From positions 1 to 24,005 of IMG/VR virus record IMGVR_UViG_3300016474_000337: a DNA stretch of 24,005 nucleotides, one strand, 5' to 3'. Every line of letters begins with the position of its first letter. Within the stretch, counting starts at the first letter, position 1. The stretch is from a virus. Lineage: Duplodnaviria; Caudoviricetes. Both the position numbers and the translations under genes were made by a program. The notes under the pieces were generated by a model, which searched no databases, was not told the DNA's origin, and worked only from the letters and a program-made list of their open reading frames with translations. Positions 1-8,986 of the stretch are shown one piece after another.

Positions 1-58
1 GGTAGCGTCCCTGCCCGCTAAAACTAGAGATTTTAACATTAACGTTTGTAGCTTCTAA

Positions 59-484
59 GTGTCTACCCGCCGCAAAGTCATTCGTTGGACAATACCGGAA
101 GCCGCTTCCGAGTTCGACATTCACGCCGCGACACTTGCAAAGCGTATCAAGGTTGCGAGCATTGAACCCGGGCCGGATGGCAAATGGTCAACCGCTCAGG
201 TGTGCGCTGCGGTTTTTGGCGACATGGACTCTGAGAAGTTGCGCGAAGTCAGGCACAAGGCGAACCTGCTTGAGCTGGAGGAGAAGGAAAAACGTCGGCA
301 GCTTGTTCCAATAGAAGACGTTGGCCGGGCATGGGATTCGGTTGTGATTGCGTTGCGTCAAGCCATTTGGAACTTCGATGCACAGGAGGCGGACAGGCGG
401 CGATGGCTCGCTGAGTTGCGCGATTTGAAGCCGGAAGACTACTTACGAAAAGAGGAGGCCGAACCTGATGAAGATGCTTCCTGA
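59..484 (+). CDS. terS: Terminase small subunit (lambda Nu1-like)
   Basis: 141 aa; N-terminal HTH-like segment (WTIPEAASEFDIHAATLAKRIK), then coiled coil ending in RRQLVPIEDV as in Nu1-like proteins; overlaps the large subunit start. Confidence 0.8.
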   Translation: MSTRRKVIRWTIPEAASEFDIHAATLAKRIKVASIEPGPDGKWSTAQVCAAVFGDMDSEKLREVRHKANLLELEEKEKRRQLVPIEDVGRAWDSVVIALRQAIWNFDAQEADRRRWLAELRDLKPEDYLRKEEAEPDEDAS

Positions 485-2408
485 AATTGCAGCAAGACTG
501 CGGAAGTCTCTCGCGCTATTTGACCCGCCGCCAGACGTGAAAGTTTGGGAATGGGCGGAAGCGGAGCGGCAGCTTGGCAAGAATGTGACGGCGATTCCCG
601 GCAGGTATCGCGTAGATGCGACTCCCTACCAGAAAGAGCCGCAAGAATCATTCACCGCGCCGGACGTGCAAACCACCGTCCTGCTTTGGGCGTCTCGCCT
701 TGGCAAGACTGAGATGCTGAACAACCTTGAGGGCTACACCGTGGACGTAAATCCTCGCGGCGTGCTTGTCGTTTATCCGACACTTGAAAGCGCGAAGAAA
801 TGGTCAAAGGAATTCTTTGTTCCGATGGTGCGAGCAACTCCAGCTTTGCGTCACAAAATCAAAGCCAGCCGCACGAAGGACAGCAGCAACACGATTCTTG
901 GGAAGGAATTTCCCGGCGGCAAAATCTCAGCCATTGGCGCAAACTCTCCTAGCGGTTTTCGGCAGATTCAGGCTCCCGTCGTTATCTGCGATGAGATTGA
1001 CGCGATGGAAAACGGCGCGGAAGGGGACCCCATCGCGTTAGCATTCAAGCGGGCGGACAATTATCGGGACAGCGTTCAAGTCCTTTCGTCAACGCCTACG
1101 GTCAAGGGCGCGTCACGGATTGAAATGTGGTTTGAGAAGTCCGATAAGCGGCAATGGTTCTGTCCCTGCCCGGCTTGTGGCGAGCGGCAGGTTTTGCAAT
1201 GGAGTCAAGTTGAATGGCCGGAAGGCAAGCCAGAGGAAGCTAGAATCAAGTGCGTTGCGTGTGGCGTGTTGCTGAATGACGCGGAGCGAAAGGCAATGGT
1301 GCGCGGCGGCGAGTGGAGAGCAACCGCGCCGTTCACTGGTATTCGCGGCTACTGGTTAAACGGACTCAACACTCTTTTCCCTGCCAAGAAAGGCTTTGCC
1401 AACAAGCTGCACCAAATGGTTGTAGAACATTTGGAAGCCAAGAGCGGCGGCGAGGCTGCAATGCAGGTTTGGACCAATACGTTTCTAGCCGAGTCCTATG
1501 AGCCTCCAAGCGACAAAATCGAATGCGCGGGCATCATGGAACGGGCGGAGCCATACGGGGGCGAGGATGCTGTCCCTGTCCTTCCGCGTTACGTGCTGGC
1601 CTTGACGGCTGCGGTTGACGTGCAAAAGGACCGCTTGGAGGTTGAGGTTGTCGGCTGGGGATTGAAAGACGAATGCTGGGCAGTTGAGTTTCGCAGATTG
1701 CCGGGAGACCCGACGCGTGACGAAGTTTGGGCTGCGCTTGACGAAATGCTGGCGACTGAATACCGGCACCCGTGCGGAGGTGTGTTGCGGATTGCCCGTG
1801 CGGCGGTTGACTGCGGCTTCAAAACTGAGCGCGTGTTTGCCTACGTCCGCACCCGTCAGCCGCGCATTATTGCGGTTAAGGGCGGCGCGGAGCGCGGGGC
1901 ATTGCCGCTGCAAATTCAAGCCAAGCTGAACAAGCAAGGTGTCCGGCTTTACCTTGTCGGCACCGACGCGCAAAAAGACGCCATCTATTCCCGGCTTCAA
2001 TTGCAAGAACCCGGCCCGCGATATTTTCATTGGCCGCAAGGCTTCGGGTTTGACGCGCAGTATTTTGAGCAGCTAACCGCAGAGCAACGGCGCACGGTAT
2101 TTCACAATGGGTTTCCGCGTCATGAATGGTTTTTGCCAGCCGCAAAACGAAACGAAGCACTTGACTTGCGAGTCTACAACCTTGCCGCATGGGACGCGCA
2201 CAAATACCATACTCGGATTAACCTTGAAAAACTTGCGGCAAACATGCAGAAAAGGGCGACAGAAGCCGCGCCGGAAACGCCTGAGCCGAAAGAATACCAG
2301 TTGAAACCCGCGCCGCCGGAACAAAAACCAGAGCCAGAGAAGCCGCAACCTAAGCCGAAGCCATTCGTCAGCCGTAAGCCGGGCGGGTTTGTTTCAAGCT
2401 GGCGGTGA
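468..2408 (+). CDS. terL: Terminase large subunit, lambda gpA family
   Basis: 646 aa; Walker A-like WASRLGKTE, Walker B VVICDEID, SSTPT motif, CxxC pairs (CPACG, CVACG), nuclease motifs AAVDVQ, AVDCG, NEALDLRVY; P/E/K-rich C-terminal linker. Confidence 0.96.
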   Translation: MKMLPEIAARLRKSLALFDPPPDVKVWEWAEAERQLGKNVTAIPGRYRVDATPYQKEPQESFTAPDVQTTVLLWASRLGKTEMLNNLEGYTVDVNPRGVLVVYPTLESAKKWSKEFFVPMVRATPALRHKIKASRTKDSSNTILGKEFPGGKISAIGANSPSGFRQIQAPVVICDEIDAMENGAEGDPIALAFKRADNYRDSVQVLSSTPTVKGASRIEMWFEKSDKRQWFCPCPACGERQVLQWSQVEWPEGKPEEARIKCVACGVLLNDAERKAMVRGGEWRATAPFTGIRGYWLNGLNTLFPAKKGFANKLHQMVVEHLEAKSGGEAAMQVWTNTFLAESYEPPSDKIECAGIMERAEPYGGEDAVPVLPRYVLALTAAVDVQKDRLEVEVVGWGLKDECWAVEFRRLPGDPTRDEVWAALDEMLATEYRHPCGGVLRIARAAVDCGFKTERVFAYVRTRQPRIIAVKGGAERGALPLQIQAKLNKQGVRLYLVGTDAQKDAIYSRLQLQEPGPRYFHWPQGFGFDAQYFEQLTAEQRRTVFHNGFPRHEWFLPAAKRNEALDLRVYNLAAWDAHKYHTRINLEKLAANMQKRATEAAPETPEPKEYQLKPAPPEQKPEPEKPQPKPKPFVSRKPGGFVSSWR

Positions 2409-2412
2409 ATTT

Positions 2413-2631
2413 ATGCAAACACACGACGCAGTAAATCACCCTAAGCATTATACGACGCATCCTAGCGACGTGGAATGCATCACCGTCACTGAGCATATGA
2501 ACTTTTGCCTTGGCAATGCCATGAAATACATTTGGCGAGCCGGCGAGAAAGGCGACAAGATTGAAGACTTGAGAAAAGCGCAGTGGTATTTGGACCGCGA
2601 AATTGCCCGCTTGGAAAAGCTGGGTAAATAG
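2413..2631 (+). CDS. DUF3310 (SaV-like) protein
   Basis: DAVNHPKHY...ECI...FCLGNAMKYIWRAGEKG...EDLRKAQWYL is the DUF3310 pattern; start taken at in-frame ATG 2413, just after the terL stop. Confidence 0.9.
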   Translation: MQTHDAVNHPKHYTTHPSDVECITVTEHMNFCLGNAMKYIWRAGEKGDKIEDLRKAQWYLDREIARLEKLGK

Positions 2632-2635
2632 CTCC

Positions 2636-2658
2636 GTCAATTTCAGTTGCCTTGTTAG
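2636..2658 (+). promoter_or_regulatory. Conserved late-gene motif, copy 1 (GTCAATTTC-N4-GCY-N4-TAG)
   Basis: GTCAATTTC agtt GCC ttgt TAG, 2 nt before ATG 2661; same spacing in four copies. Confidence 0.75.
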
Positions 2659-2660
2659 GC

Positions 2661-3236
2661 ATGGCCTACGAAGTTCCGACGACTGAGCCGCTTGTTGTCA
2701 CCGCTGGCGACTTGGTGACTTGGAAGCGTAGCTTTACCGACTATCCCGCAAGTGACGGGTGGGTGCTATCTTATGCGCTCACCACTACCAGCGTCCGCAT
2801 TCAGATTACGTCCACGGCTTCCGGCGCGGACCATCTTGTTTCCGTTCCTGCCGCAACGTCCGCGAATTGGGCGGCGGGCGATTACCTAATTCAAGGCTAC
2901 GTAACCAAGGCGGCAACGTCGGAGCGGTATCGCGTTTTCGAGGCGAACATTGAAATCCTGCCGAACCTCGCCGCCGCGTCGTCCGGTTACGATGGCCGCT
3001 CCCATGCCAAAAAATGCCTTGACGCAATCGAAACCGTTTTGGAATCGCGGGCAAGCAAGACGGTTCAATCTTGGAGCGGGCTTGAGCAGTCATTCAGCCT
3101 GATTCCGACTCCTGAGTTGCTGACTATGAGGGACCGTTACCGTGCCGAATACCAAGCGGAACAAGCGGCTTCAAACATCGCTCGCGGATTAGGCAACAAG
3201 CGCAACGTGTTTGTGCGATTCACTTCCCCCCGATGA
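2661..3236 (+). CDS. Putative head completion / head-tail adaptor protein
   Basis: Between terminase and portal (lambda gpW position); N-terminal beta-rich part (AGDLVTWKRS, YPASDGWVLSY) and helical C-terminus (ELLTMRDRYRAEY); ATGA overlap with portal. Confidence 0.65.
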   Translation: MAYEVPTTEPLVVTAGDLVTWKRSFTDYPASDGWVLSYALTTTSVRIQITSTASGADHLVSVPAATSANWAAGDYLIQGYVTKAATSERYRVFEANIEILPNLAAASSGYDGRSHAKKCLDAIETVLESRASKTVQSWSGLEQSFSLIPTPELLTMRDRYRAEYQAEQAASNIARGLGNKRNVFVRFTSPR

Positions 3237-4816
3237 AGCTAGTTGACCGCATCGCCAATCGCTTCGGCTTTCAACGCAAAGCCGCCGCCCCCATGCGCCG
3301 CCAGTATGGAGCCGCGCTCGCCAATCGGTTGACGGAAGATTGGAACACAATTCTTTCCTCGGCAGACACTGAGGTAAATTCTTCGGCCCGCGTTTTACGC
3401 GCCCGCGCCCGGCAGTTGGAGAGAGACAACCCATTCGTTGAACGATACCTAAAGCTGCTCGAAAACAACGTGCTAGGCGCGGGCGGCGTGGGCTTGCAGA
3501 TGAAAGTCCGCGACCCTGACAAGATGGAAGCTGGCAAGCTAGTCAAGGGCGGTTACGACGTGCTGGCAAACTCAACCATCGAAAAGGCTTGGGCTGAATG
3601 GGGCGGCAAAGGAATTTGCACGGTTGACGGGCGCACGTCATGGCGTGAACTGGAAAAGCTAGTCCTGAGAAGCACGGCGCGGGACGGCGCGTGTTTCTTG
3701 GTGAAGTATCGCGGCAAAGAAGCGAACCGCTTTGGCTTTGCGCTCAAGTTTTTGGAAGCGGATTATTTGCGCGAGGACCACAACGCGCAGCTTGCGAACG
3801 GCAACATTGTCCGCATGGGCATTGAGCTGGACGCAAACAATCGCGCCGTCGCTTATCACTTCCATACCCGGCACCCTTACGAATTCGGCTTGATGGTGCA
3901 AAACAATCGCTCTGTCCGCATTGAAGCGGAGCGAGTCATTCACATTTACAAGCCGACGCGGCAGGGGCAGACAAACGGCGTTCCTTGGCTCGCGCCTTCC
4001 ATGCTGCGGATGAAGATGTTGGACGGCTATGAGGAAGCCGAGTTGACCGCCGCCCGCGCTGCCGCTTGCAAGATGGGCTTTTACGAGAAGACGCTGCCGA
4101 ATGACTATCAGGGCGCAGTGGATAGCGAAGGCAACCCTACGCTCGAAACTCAGCCGGGCGTGATTGAAGACTTGCCGATGGGCGTGACGTTCAAGACGCA
4201 TGACCCGCAGCACCCGGTTTCCGCATATGCTGATTTCGTGAAAGCTAGCTTGCGCGGAATTGCCGCAGGGCTTGGCGTCTCTTACAACTCGCTGGCGAAC
4301 GATTTGGAAGGCGTGAACTACAGTTCAATTCGCGCCGGTTTGCTTGAGGAGCGGGCGGAATGGATGGGCTTGCAAAACTGGCTGATTGAATCTCTGCATG
4401 AGCCGGTTTTCCACGAATGGCTAGAGCTTTCCCTATTAGCAGCCGCGCTCAAGATGCCTAACGGAAGCGCATTGCCAGCCGTCAAGCTGGATAAGTTTAG
4501 CGCGGTTGAATGGAAGCCACGCCGCTGGCAGTGGGTGGACCCCAAAAAAGACCTAGAGGCGAAAGTTCTAGCCATTGAAAAGGGGCTGGAATCACGCCGC
4601 TCCGCAATCTCAGAGCAGGGCGGGGACATTGAAGATGTTTTTGCCGACATTGCTGCCGACGAGCAGCTTGCGGAAACATACGGCTTGAGCTTCCCGACGG
4701 ACGCAAATCAGGCCAATGCGGAAGCGCAAAACGACGGTGAGGAAGAAGACAGCGAAGAAGACGACCAAGAGGACGCTTCCGAAGGTTCGTCAATTTCAAC
4801 CGCCAAAGTAGAATGA
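3233..4816 (+). CDS. Portal protein, lambda gpB family
   Basis: 527 aa; LRARARQLERDN, GQTNGVPWLAP, GLGVSYNSLANDLEGVNYSSIRAGLLE and WQWVDPKKD match lambda-type portals; acidic tail. Confidence 0.96.
   Translation: MKLVDRIANRFGFQRKAAAPMRRQYGAALANRLTEDWNTILSSADTEVNSSARVLRARARQLERDNPFVERYLKLLENNVLGAGGVGLQMKVRDPDKMEAGKLVKGGYDVLANSTIEKAWAEWGGKGICTVDGRTSWRELEKLVLRSTARDGACFLVKYRGKEANRFGFALKFLEADYLREDHNAQLANGNIVRMGIELDANNRAVAYHFHTRHPYEFGLMVQNNRSVRIEAERVIHIYKPTRQGQTNGVPWLAPSMLRMKMLDGYEEAELTAARAAACKMGFYEKTLPNDYQGAVDSEGNPTLETQPGVIEDLPMGVTFKTHDPQHPVSAYADFVKASLRGIAAGLGVSYNSLANDLEGVNYSSIRAGLLEERAEWMGLQNWLIESLHEPVFHEWLELSLLAAALKMPNGSALPAVKLDKFSAVEWKPRRWQWVDPKKDLEAKVLAIEKGLESRRSAISEQGGDIEDVFADIAADEQLAETYGLSFPTDANQANAEAQNDGEEEDSEEDDQEDASEGSSISTAKVE
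4789..4811 (+). promoter_or_regulatory. Conserved late-gene motif, copy 2
   Basis: GTCAATTTC aacc GCC aaag TAG within the last portal codons, 1 nt before ATG 4813. Confidence 0.75.
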
Positions 4817-6648
4817 GCGTGAAAGCTATCGTTGACGACATTGCCGCAGTCACGGCATCCAAGCCGCTTCGCCGCGAATTCAGCATTGCCCGCGAGGCTA
4901 TCAAGGAAGACGCCCGAACCGTTGACCTTTGCTTTGCCACGGAATCTCCGGTTGAACGTTATTTCGGCACCGAAGTCCTTAACTGCGAAGAGCGCAGCGT
5001 CCGCATGGCCCGGCTTAACACTCGCGCCCCGCTGCTCTTGAATCACGACACGGACAAGCAGATTGGCGTTGTGGAGAAAGCATGGATTGACGCGGACAAG
5101 AAAGCCCGCGCCACAGTTCGCTTTTCCAAGTCCGCAATGGGTGAAGAAATTTTCCAAGACGTGAAGGATGGTATCCGGTCGTTGGTTTCGGTTGGGTATC
5201 AACTTCATAAGCTCGAAACAGAGAAGCAGTCCGGCGGAGCGGAACTCCAAAGGGCAGTTGACTGGGAGCCATTGGAAATCAGCATCGTCGCTGTCCCCGC
5301 CGATACCTCGGCAGGCGTGGGCCGCTCTTTGCCTGAAGTTCAAACCAAAGCCGAGACGACAGTTTCAAAATCAACCACTGCTATGTCTGCCACCATCGAA
5401 GTCAAGGCGGATGACGTTCGCGCTCAAGAGCGCAAGCGCATCGCTGATATCACCACCATCGCCAAGCGTCACAAGCTGGAATCGCTCATTGATTCCGCTG
5501 TCAACGATGGCATTACCGCCGATGAATTCGGCACCCGCGCCCTTGCGGAACTCGCCAAGCGCGACGGTTCCGGCGTCAAGGCCGTCACTCACGAAGCCGA
5601 CGCCCGCGCTGGCGAAATCGGCATGAGCGACAAGGAAGCCGGGCAGTTCAGCCTGCTCCGCGCTGTCCGCTCCATCGCTTCCGGCAAGGCTCTTGAAGGG
5701 CTTGAGCGCGAGGCGTGCGACGCTATGGCGAAGCTCGTCAAGCGCGAGTTGAAGCCCGGCGCGTTCGTGATTCCTCAAGACGTGTTCCGCCGCTCGGTTC
5801 ACAACCGGGCGAACAATGTTACCACGGCTACGGCTGGCGGCTACACGGTGCAGACTAACGTCGGCCCGCTCATCGAAATCCTCCGTAACCAAACCGTTGT
5901 CGCTAAGGCTGGCGCGACCCAGTTGACCGGCCTTGTTGACAATGTTGCGCTGCCTAAGCAGACCGGCACGGCAACCGCATACTGGGTGAGCGAGACCGGC
6001 GCGTTGACGGACAGCGAAAGCACCTTCGGTCAGGTGACGCTAACGCCCCACCGCCTTGGTGCCACGGTTCCTTATACTACCAGCTTCCTTGCTCAGTCGA
6101 GCTTGGACGCGGAGGCGTTTATTCGGAACGACCTGATGAAAGTCCTCGCCATTGAGAAAGACCGCGCTGCGCTTCACGGCGCGGGCGGCGCGGAGCCGAT
6201 TGGCGTTGCCAATTCGTCCGGCATCAACGCAACCGTTACCTACGGCGGCGCGGCGGTTTGGGCTGACGTGGTTCAGCATGAAACCGGCATCGCGGTTGAT
6301 AACGCCGACATTGGCGACATGGCCTTCATTCTGTCCGCCGCTACGGTTGGCAAGTGGAAGACCATCCTTAAGGATAGCGTCGCTGGTGCGGACTATCTTA
6401 TCAACTCGCTGAACGGAACTGCCAACGGTTACATGGTGCATCGCACCAATCAGGTGTCCGGCAACGTGTCGTTCTTCGGCGTGTGGAGTCAGCTCATTAT
6501 GGCTAGCTGGGCTGGCGTGGAGGTCATCGTTGACCCCTACGCGCTCAAGAAGTCAGGACAGGTGGAAATCACCGTCAACGAGCTTTGCGACATTGCCGTC
6601 CGCCAGCCGCTCGCGTTCAATGTCAGCACTGACAGCGCAGCTCAGTAA
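4813..6648 (+). CDS. Fused prohead protease + major capsid protein (HK97 fold)
   Basis: N-terminal HK97-type protease motifs (LLLNHD, SLVSVGY, EPLEISIVAVPAD), helical scaffold-like linker, then capsid motifs (AGGYTV, AYWVSETG, FGQVTLTPHRLG, FFGVWSQL, VDPY, DIAVRQPLAF). Confidence 0.93.
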   Translation: MSVKAIVDDIAAVTASKPLRREFSIAREAIKEDARTVDLCFATESPVERYFGTEVLNCEERSVRMARLNTRAPLLLNHDTDKQIGVVEKAWIDADKKARATVRFSKSAMGEEIFQDVKDGIRSLVSVGYQLHKLETEKQSGGAELQRAVDWEPLEISIVAVPADTSAGVGRSLPEVQTKAETTVSKSTTAMSATIEVKADDVRAQERKRIADITTIAKRHKLESLIDSAVNDGITADEFGTRALAELAKRDGSGVKAVTHEADARAGEIGMSDKEAGQFSLLRAVRSIASGKALEGLEREACDAMAKLVKRELKPGAFVIPQDVFRRSVHNRANNVTTATAGGYTVQTNVGPLIEILRNQTVVAKAGATQLTGLVDNVALPKQTGTATAYWVSETGALTDSESTFGQVTLTPHRLGATVPYTTSFLAQSSLDAEAFIRNDLMKVLAIEKDRAALHGAGGAEPIGVANSSGINATVTYGGAAVWADVVQHETGIAVDNADIGDMAFILSAATVGKWKTILKDSVAGADYLINSLNGTANGYMVHRTNQVSGNVSFFGVWSQLIMASWAGVEVIVDPYALKKSGQVEITVNELCDIAVRQPLAFNVSTDSAAQ

Positions 6649-6656
6649 TCACAATC

Positions 6657-6686
6657 GCCCGCGCCGGTAGCAATATCGGCGCGGGC
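6657..6686 (+). terminator. GC-rich hairpin after the capsid gene (terminator or mRNA stabiliser)
   Basis: GCCCGCGCCGGTA-GCAA-TATCGGCGCGGGC: 13-bp stem with one G-U and a GNRA loop; no U-tract. Confidence 0.6.
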
Positions 6687-6715
6687 AAACCCTTAACTCT
6701 TAACTCGCTTAAACC

Positions 6716-7105
6716 ATGATTGACCCCAAAAACGGTTTGACGTTCTCCGTGATGGAGCCGTCCACGTCGAAGACTGCTAACTGGAATTCGACGGTCATTG
6801 ACACCCAGCAATACGTCGGCCAGATGTGCGTCGTGTTGAATGCTGGCGCGAAAACCGCTGGCGACGCTGGCGACACTACGCTGAACGTGCGACTGATGCA
6901 CTCGGCTGAATCCAACGGCGCGAATGCGACGAACTGCTCGCTGCAATTCTCGCAGGTTACCACCACGAACAGCTTTCAGACGCTCGCCTTTGACCCTCGC
7001 GGGTTTTCTGGCCGGTATCTGAAGGCCGTCGCCGTGATTGCTGGCACGAATAGCCCGGCGTTCCCGGTCGGTATGCACATTCTTGGGACCAAGAAGCTCC
7101 AGTAA
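6716..7105 (+). CDS. Putative capsid decoration/cement protein
   Basis: 129 aa, beta-strand-rich, right after the capsid gene; C-terminal RYLKAVAVIAGT resembles small jelly-roll virion proteins. Function inferred from position. Confidence 0.55.
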   Translation: MIDPKNGLTFSVMEPSTSKTANWNSTVIDTQQYVGQMCVVLNAGAKTAGDAGDTTLNVRLMHSAESNGANATNCSLQFSQVTTTNSFQTLAFDPRGFSGRYLKAVAVIAGTNSPAFPVGMHILGTKKLQ

Positions 7106-7119
7106 ACCCTTGCTGGACG

Positions 7120-7154
7120 GGGGCGGGCAGGTTCGTGCGTGACCTGTCCGCCCC
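7120..7154 (+). terminator. Intergenic hairpin
   Basis: GGGGCGGGCAGGTT (7120-7133) pairs with GACCTGTCCGCCCC (7141-7154), two G-U pairs; no U-tract. Confidence 0.55.
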
Positions 7155-7183
7155 TCCAAAAATCCACGCACCATGTTCGCACC

Positions 7184-8410
7184 ATGAAACAGAAACCACG
7201 CATCTACCTCCCCCTCCTAGACAACGGCCAAGGCTCTTGCCGCGTCGCTTTCTTGGAATCCTTCATCAAGTCATTCAGCGGCCAGCACGTTCACATTGAC
7301 CGCATTTCGGATTCTCACCCCGGCAGAGGCCGAAACCGCGCTGCCGCAAACTTTCTGCAAACGGAGTGCGAATATCTCCTGTTTATTGACTCCGACATTA
7401 TCTTCAATCGCGGTCATGTTGACACGTTGATGGAGAGCGCGGAGCCGATTGTCGGCGGCATCTATTGCTTGAAACAAGAGGAGGTAAAGCCCTGCCTTCA
7501 AACTCTGCCCGGCGGCGGGCCTATTGCCGTCGGCGGCATTGAAGAAATCAAGCGCATTGGCACGGGCTTCCTTCGCATTTCCCGCGAGGTTTTCGAGAAG
7601 CTGAAAAGCCCGGCCAACGAATACGTGAACCACGGGCGCAAGGAATGGGACTTCTTCCGCTCTGGTGTGGTAGATGGCGAATGGCTTTCCGAAGATTGGT
7701 TTTTTTGCGAGGACGCCCGCGCCAAGGGCTTCAAGGTCATGGTTGATACCCGCGTCCAAGTCGGACACGAGGGTAACATTGTCTATCCGCTCAAGCTGAC
7801 ACCGGACCGGCTCACCGTTTGCCCGCCCGAACTTAAGCCTTTCATGGAGCAGATTTGGAATGGAGAATATGCCATTAAAGTTGACGAGCCTCCAAAGACT
7901 GTGCTGGACATTGGCGGAAACATCGGCGCGTTTTCAGTGTGGATGAAAGAGCGGTTCCCAGACTGTGAGATTTCAGCTTATGAGCCGCACCCTGATAACG
8001 CCGCCATGTTCAGGGTGAACACACGTCAGTTTAAGAACGTAATGGTTTCACAAATGGCGGTTCGCGGAAAAGGATGCTCGCCTTACGACGTATTGATAGA
8101 AGGCAACAATGGCGGAGAGCATTCGTTTTACCTAGACGGCAAAGGTGGAATTGAAGTTGCCTGCATTGGTGCGGACAAACTTGCTTCGCGTGAATTTGTG
8201 AAGCTTGACTGCGAAGGTTGCGAGTATGAAATCTTAAAAGACTTAGACCTTTCGCGAACCCGCTACGTCGTGCTTGAATACCATTCAAACGCGGGCCGCG
8301 AGGCTATCCGCGTTTTGCTATCAACTCGCGGTTTTGTTGAACAGCGACACACGCCTAATGCCGTTGGGCGCGGGTTGCTCACATTCAAACGGCGGCAAGA
8401 AACGCAATAG
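7184..8410 (+). CDS. GT-A (GT2-like) glycosyltransferase fused to FkbM-family SAM methyltransferase
   Basis: N-domain: GRNRAAANFL, YLLFIDSDI (DxD), IGTGFLRISREVF, LSEDWFFC, VGHEG. C-domain: VLDIGGNIGAFS, AYEPHPDN, FVKLDCEGCEYEIL. Start taken at ATG 7184, downstream of the hairpin. Confidence 0.88.
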   Translation: MKQKPRIYLPLLDNGQGSCRVAFLESFIKSFSGQHVHIDRISDSHPGRGRNRAAANFLQTECEYLLFIDSDIIFNRGHVDTLMESAEPIVGGIYCLKQEEVKPCLQTLPGGGPIAVGGIEEIKRIGTGFLRISREVFEKLKSPANEYVNHGRKEWDFFRSGVVDGEWLSEDWFFCEDARAKGFKVMVDTRVQVGHEGNIVYPLKLTPDRLTVCPPELKPFMEQIWNGEYAIKVDEPPKTVLDIGGNIGAFSVWMKERFPDCEISAYEPHPDNAAMFRVNTRQFKNVMVSQMAVRGKGCSPYDVLIEGNNGGEHSFYLDGKGGIEVACIGADKLASREFVKLDCEGCEYEILKDLDLSRTRYVVLEYHSNAGREAIRVLLSTRGFVEQRHTPNAVGRGLLTFKRRQETQ

Positions 8411-8413
8411 ACA

Positions 8414-8653
8414 ATGAGCCAAGAAACGCCACGCAAAGTCAAATCGGTCAAGGCCAAGGTTTTGAAGCCTTGCAACATCACCGGCCCGTCAACGTTTGTG
8501 CCGGAAGCACCTAGCGAAAATCAACTGGGCAGGTTCACGCCAGCGCACTACAAGCTTGGCGACACCATCCGCGCCAAGGCTGGTGACGTTGTGGAAGTGT
8601 GCGAAAACACGCTTCGCAATCTGTCCGCTAAGGGATTGCTAGCCCCCGCCTAA
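8414..8653 (+). CDS. Hypothetical small basic protein (head module)
   Basis: 79 aa ORF with 3-nt gaps to both neighbours. Confidence 0.7.
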   Translation: MSQETPRKVKSVKAKVLKPCNITGPSTFVPEAPSENQLGRFTPAHYKLGDTIRAKAGDVVEVCENTLRNLSAKGLLAPA

Positions 8654-8656
8654 GCC

Positions 8657-8986
8657 ATGACTTACACGTCCGAAATTGCTGACGCCATTGGAGAGGTTGT
8701 CAACCAAGACAGCGTTACCGTAACCAAGTCCGGTGGCGTCAGCTTTTCGGCACGGCGCAATCGCGGCGAGGCGCAGACAAGCGAAATGCGCGACGCTGGG
8801 TATATGCAAAACACGGAGCTAATGCTCATTGCTACGGCGACAGCATTGGCAACTGCGGTCAACGGGGCAACGGCTTACACGCCTGCCGTCAACGATGAAA
8901 TCACGGTGAGCGGGACAGTGTATGTCGTTCTAACTGTCCGTAGTGATTCGGCTTTTACCTACATTTCGGCTCGAAAAGAGAAGTGA
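8657..8986 (+). CDS. Putative head-closure / head-tail joining protein
   Basis: 109 aa; C-terminal PAVNDEITVSGTVYVVLTV resembles gpFII/gp16-type stoppers; fits synteny. Confidence 0.6.
   Translation: MTYTSEIADAIGEVVNQDSVTVTKSGGVSFSARRNRGEAQTSEMRDAGYMQNTELMLIATATALATAVNGATAYTPAVNDEITVSGTVYVVLTVRSDSAFTYISARKEK

Noticed and set aside
1-58. Possible cos/pac region, or tail of a fifth late motif (window opens with GGTAG)
   Set aside because: The position upstream of terS fits, but the diagnostic sequence would lie before the window.
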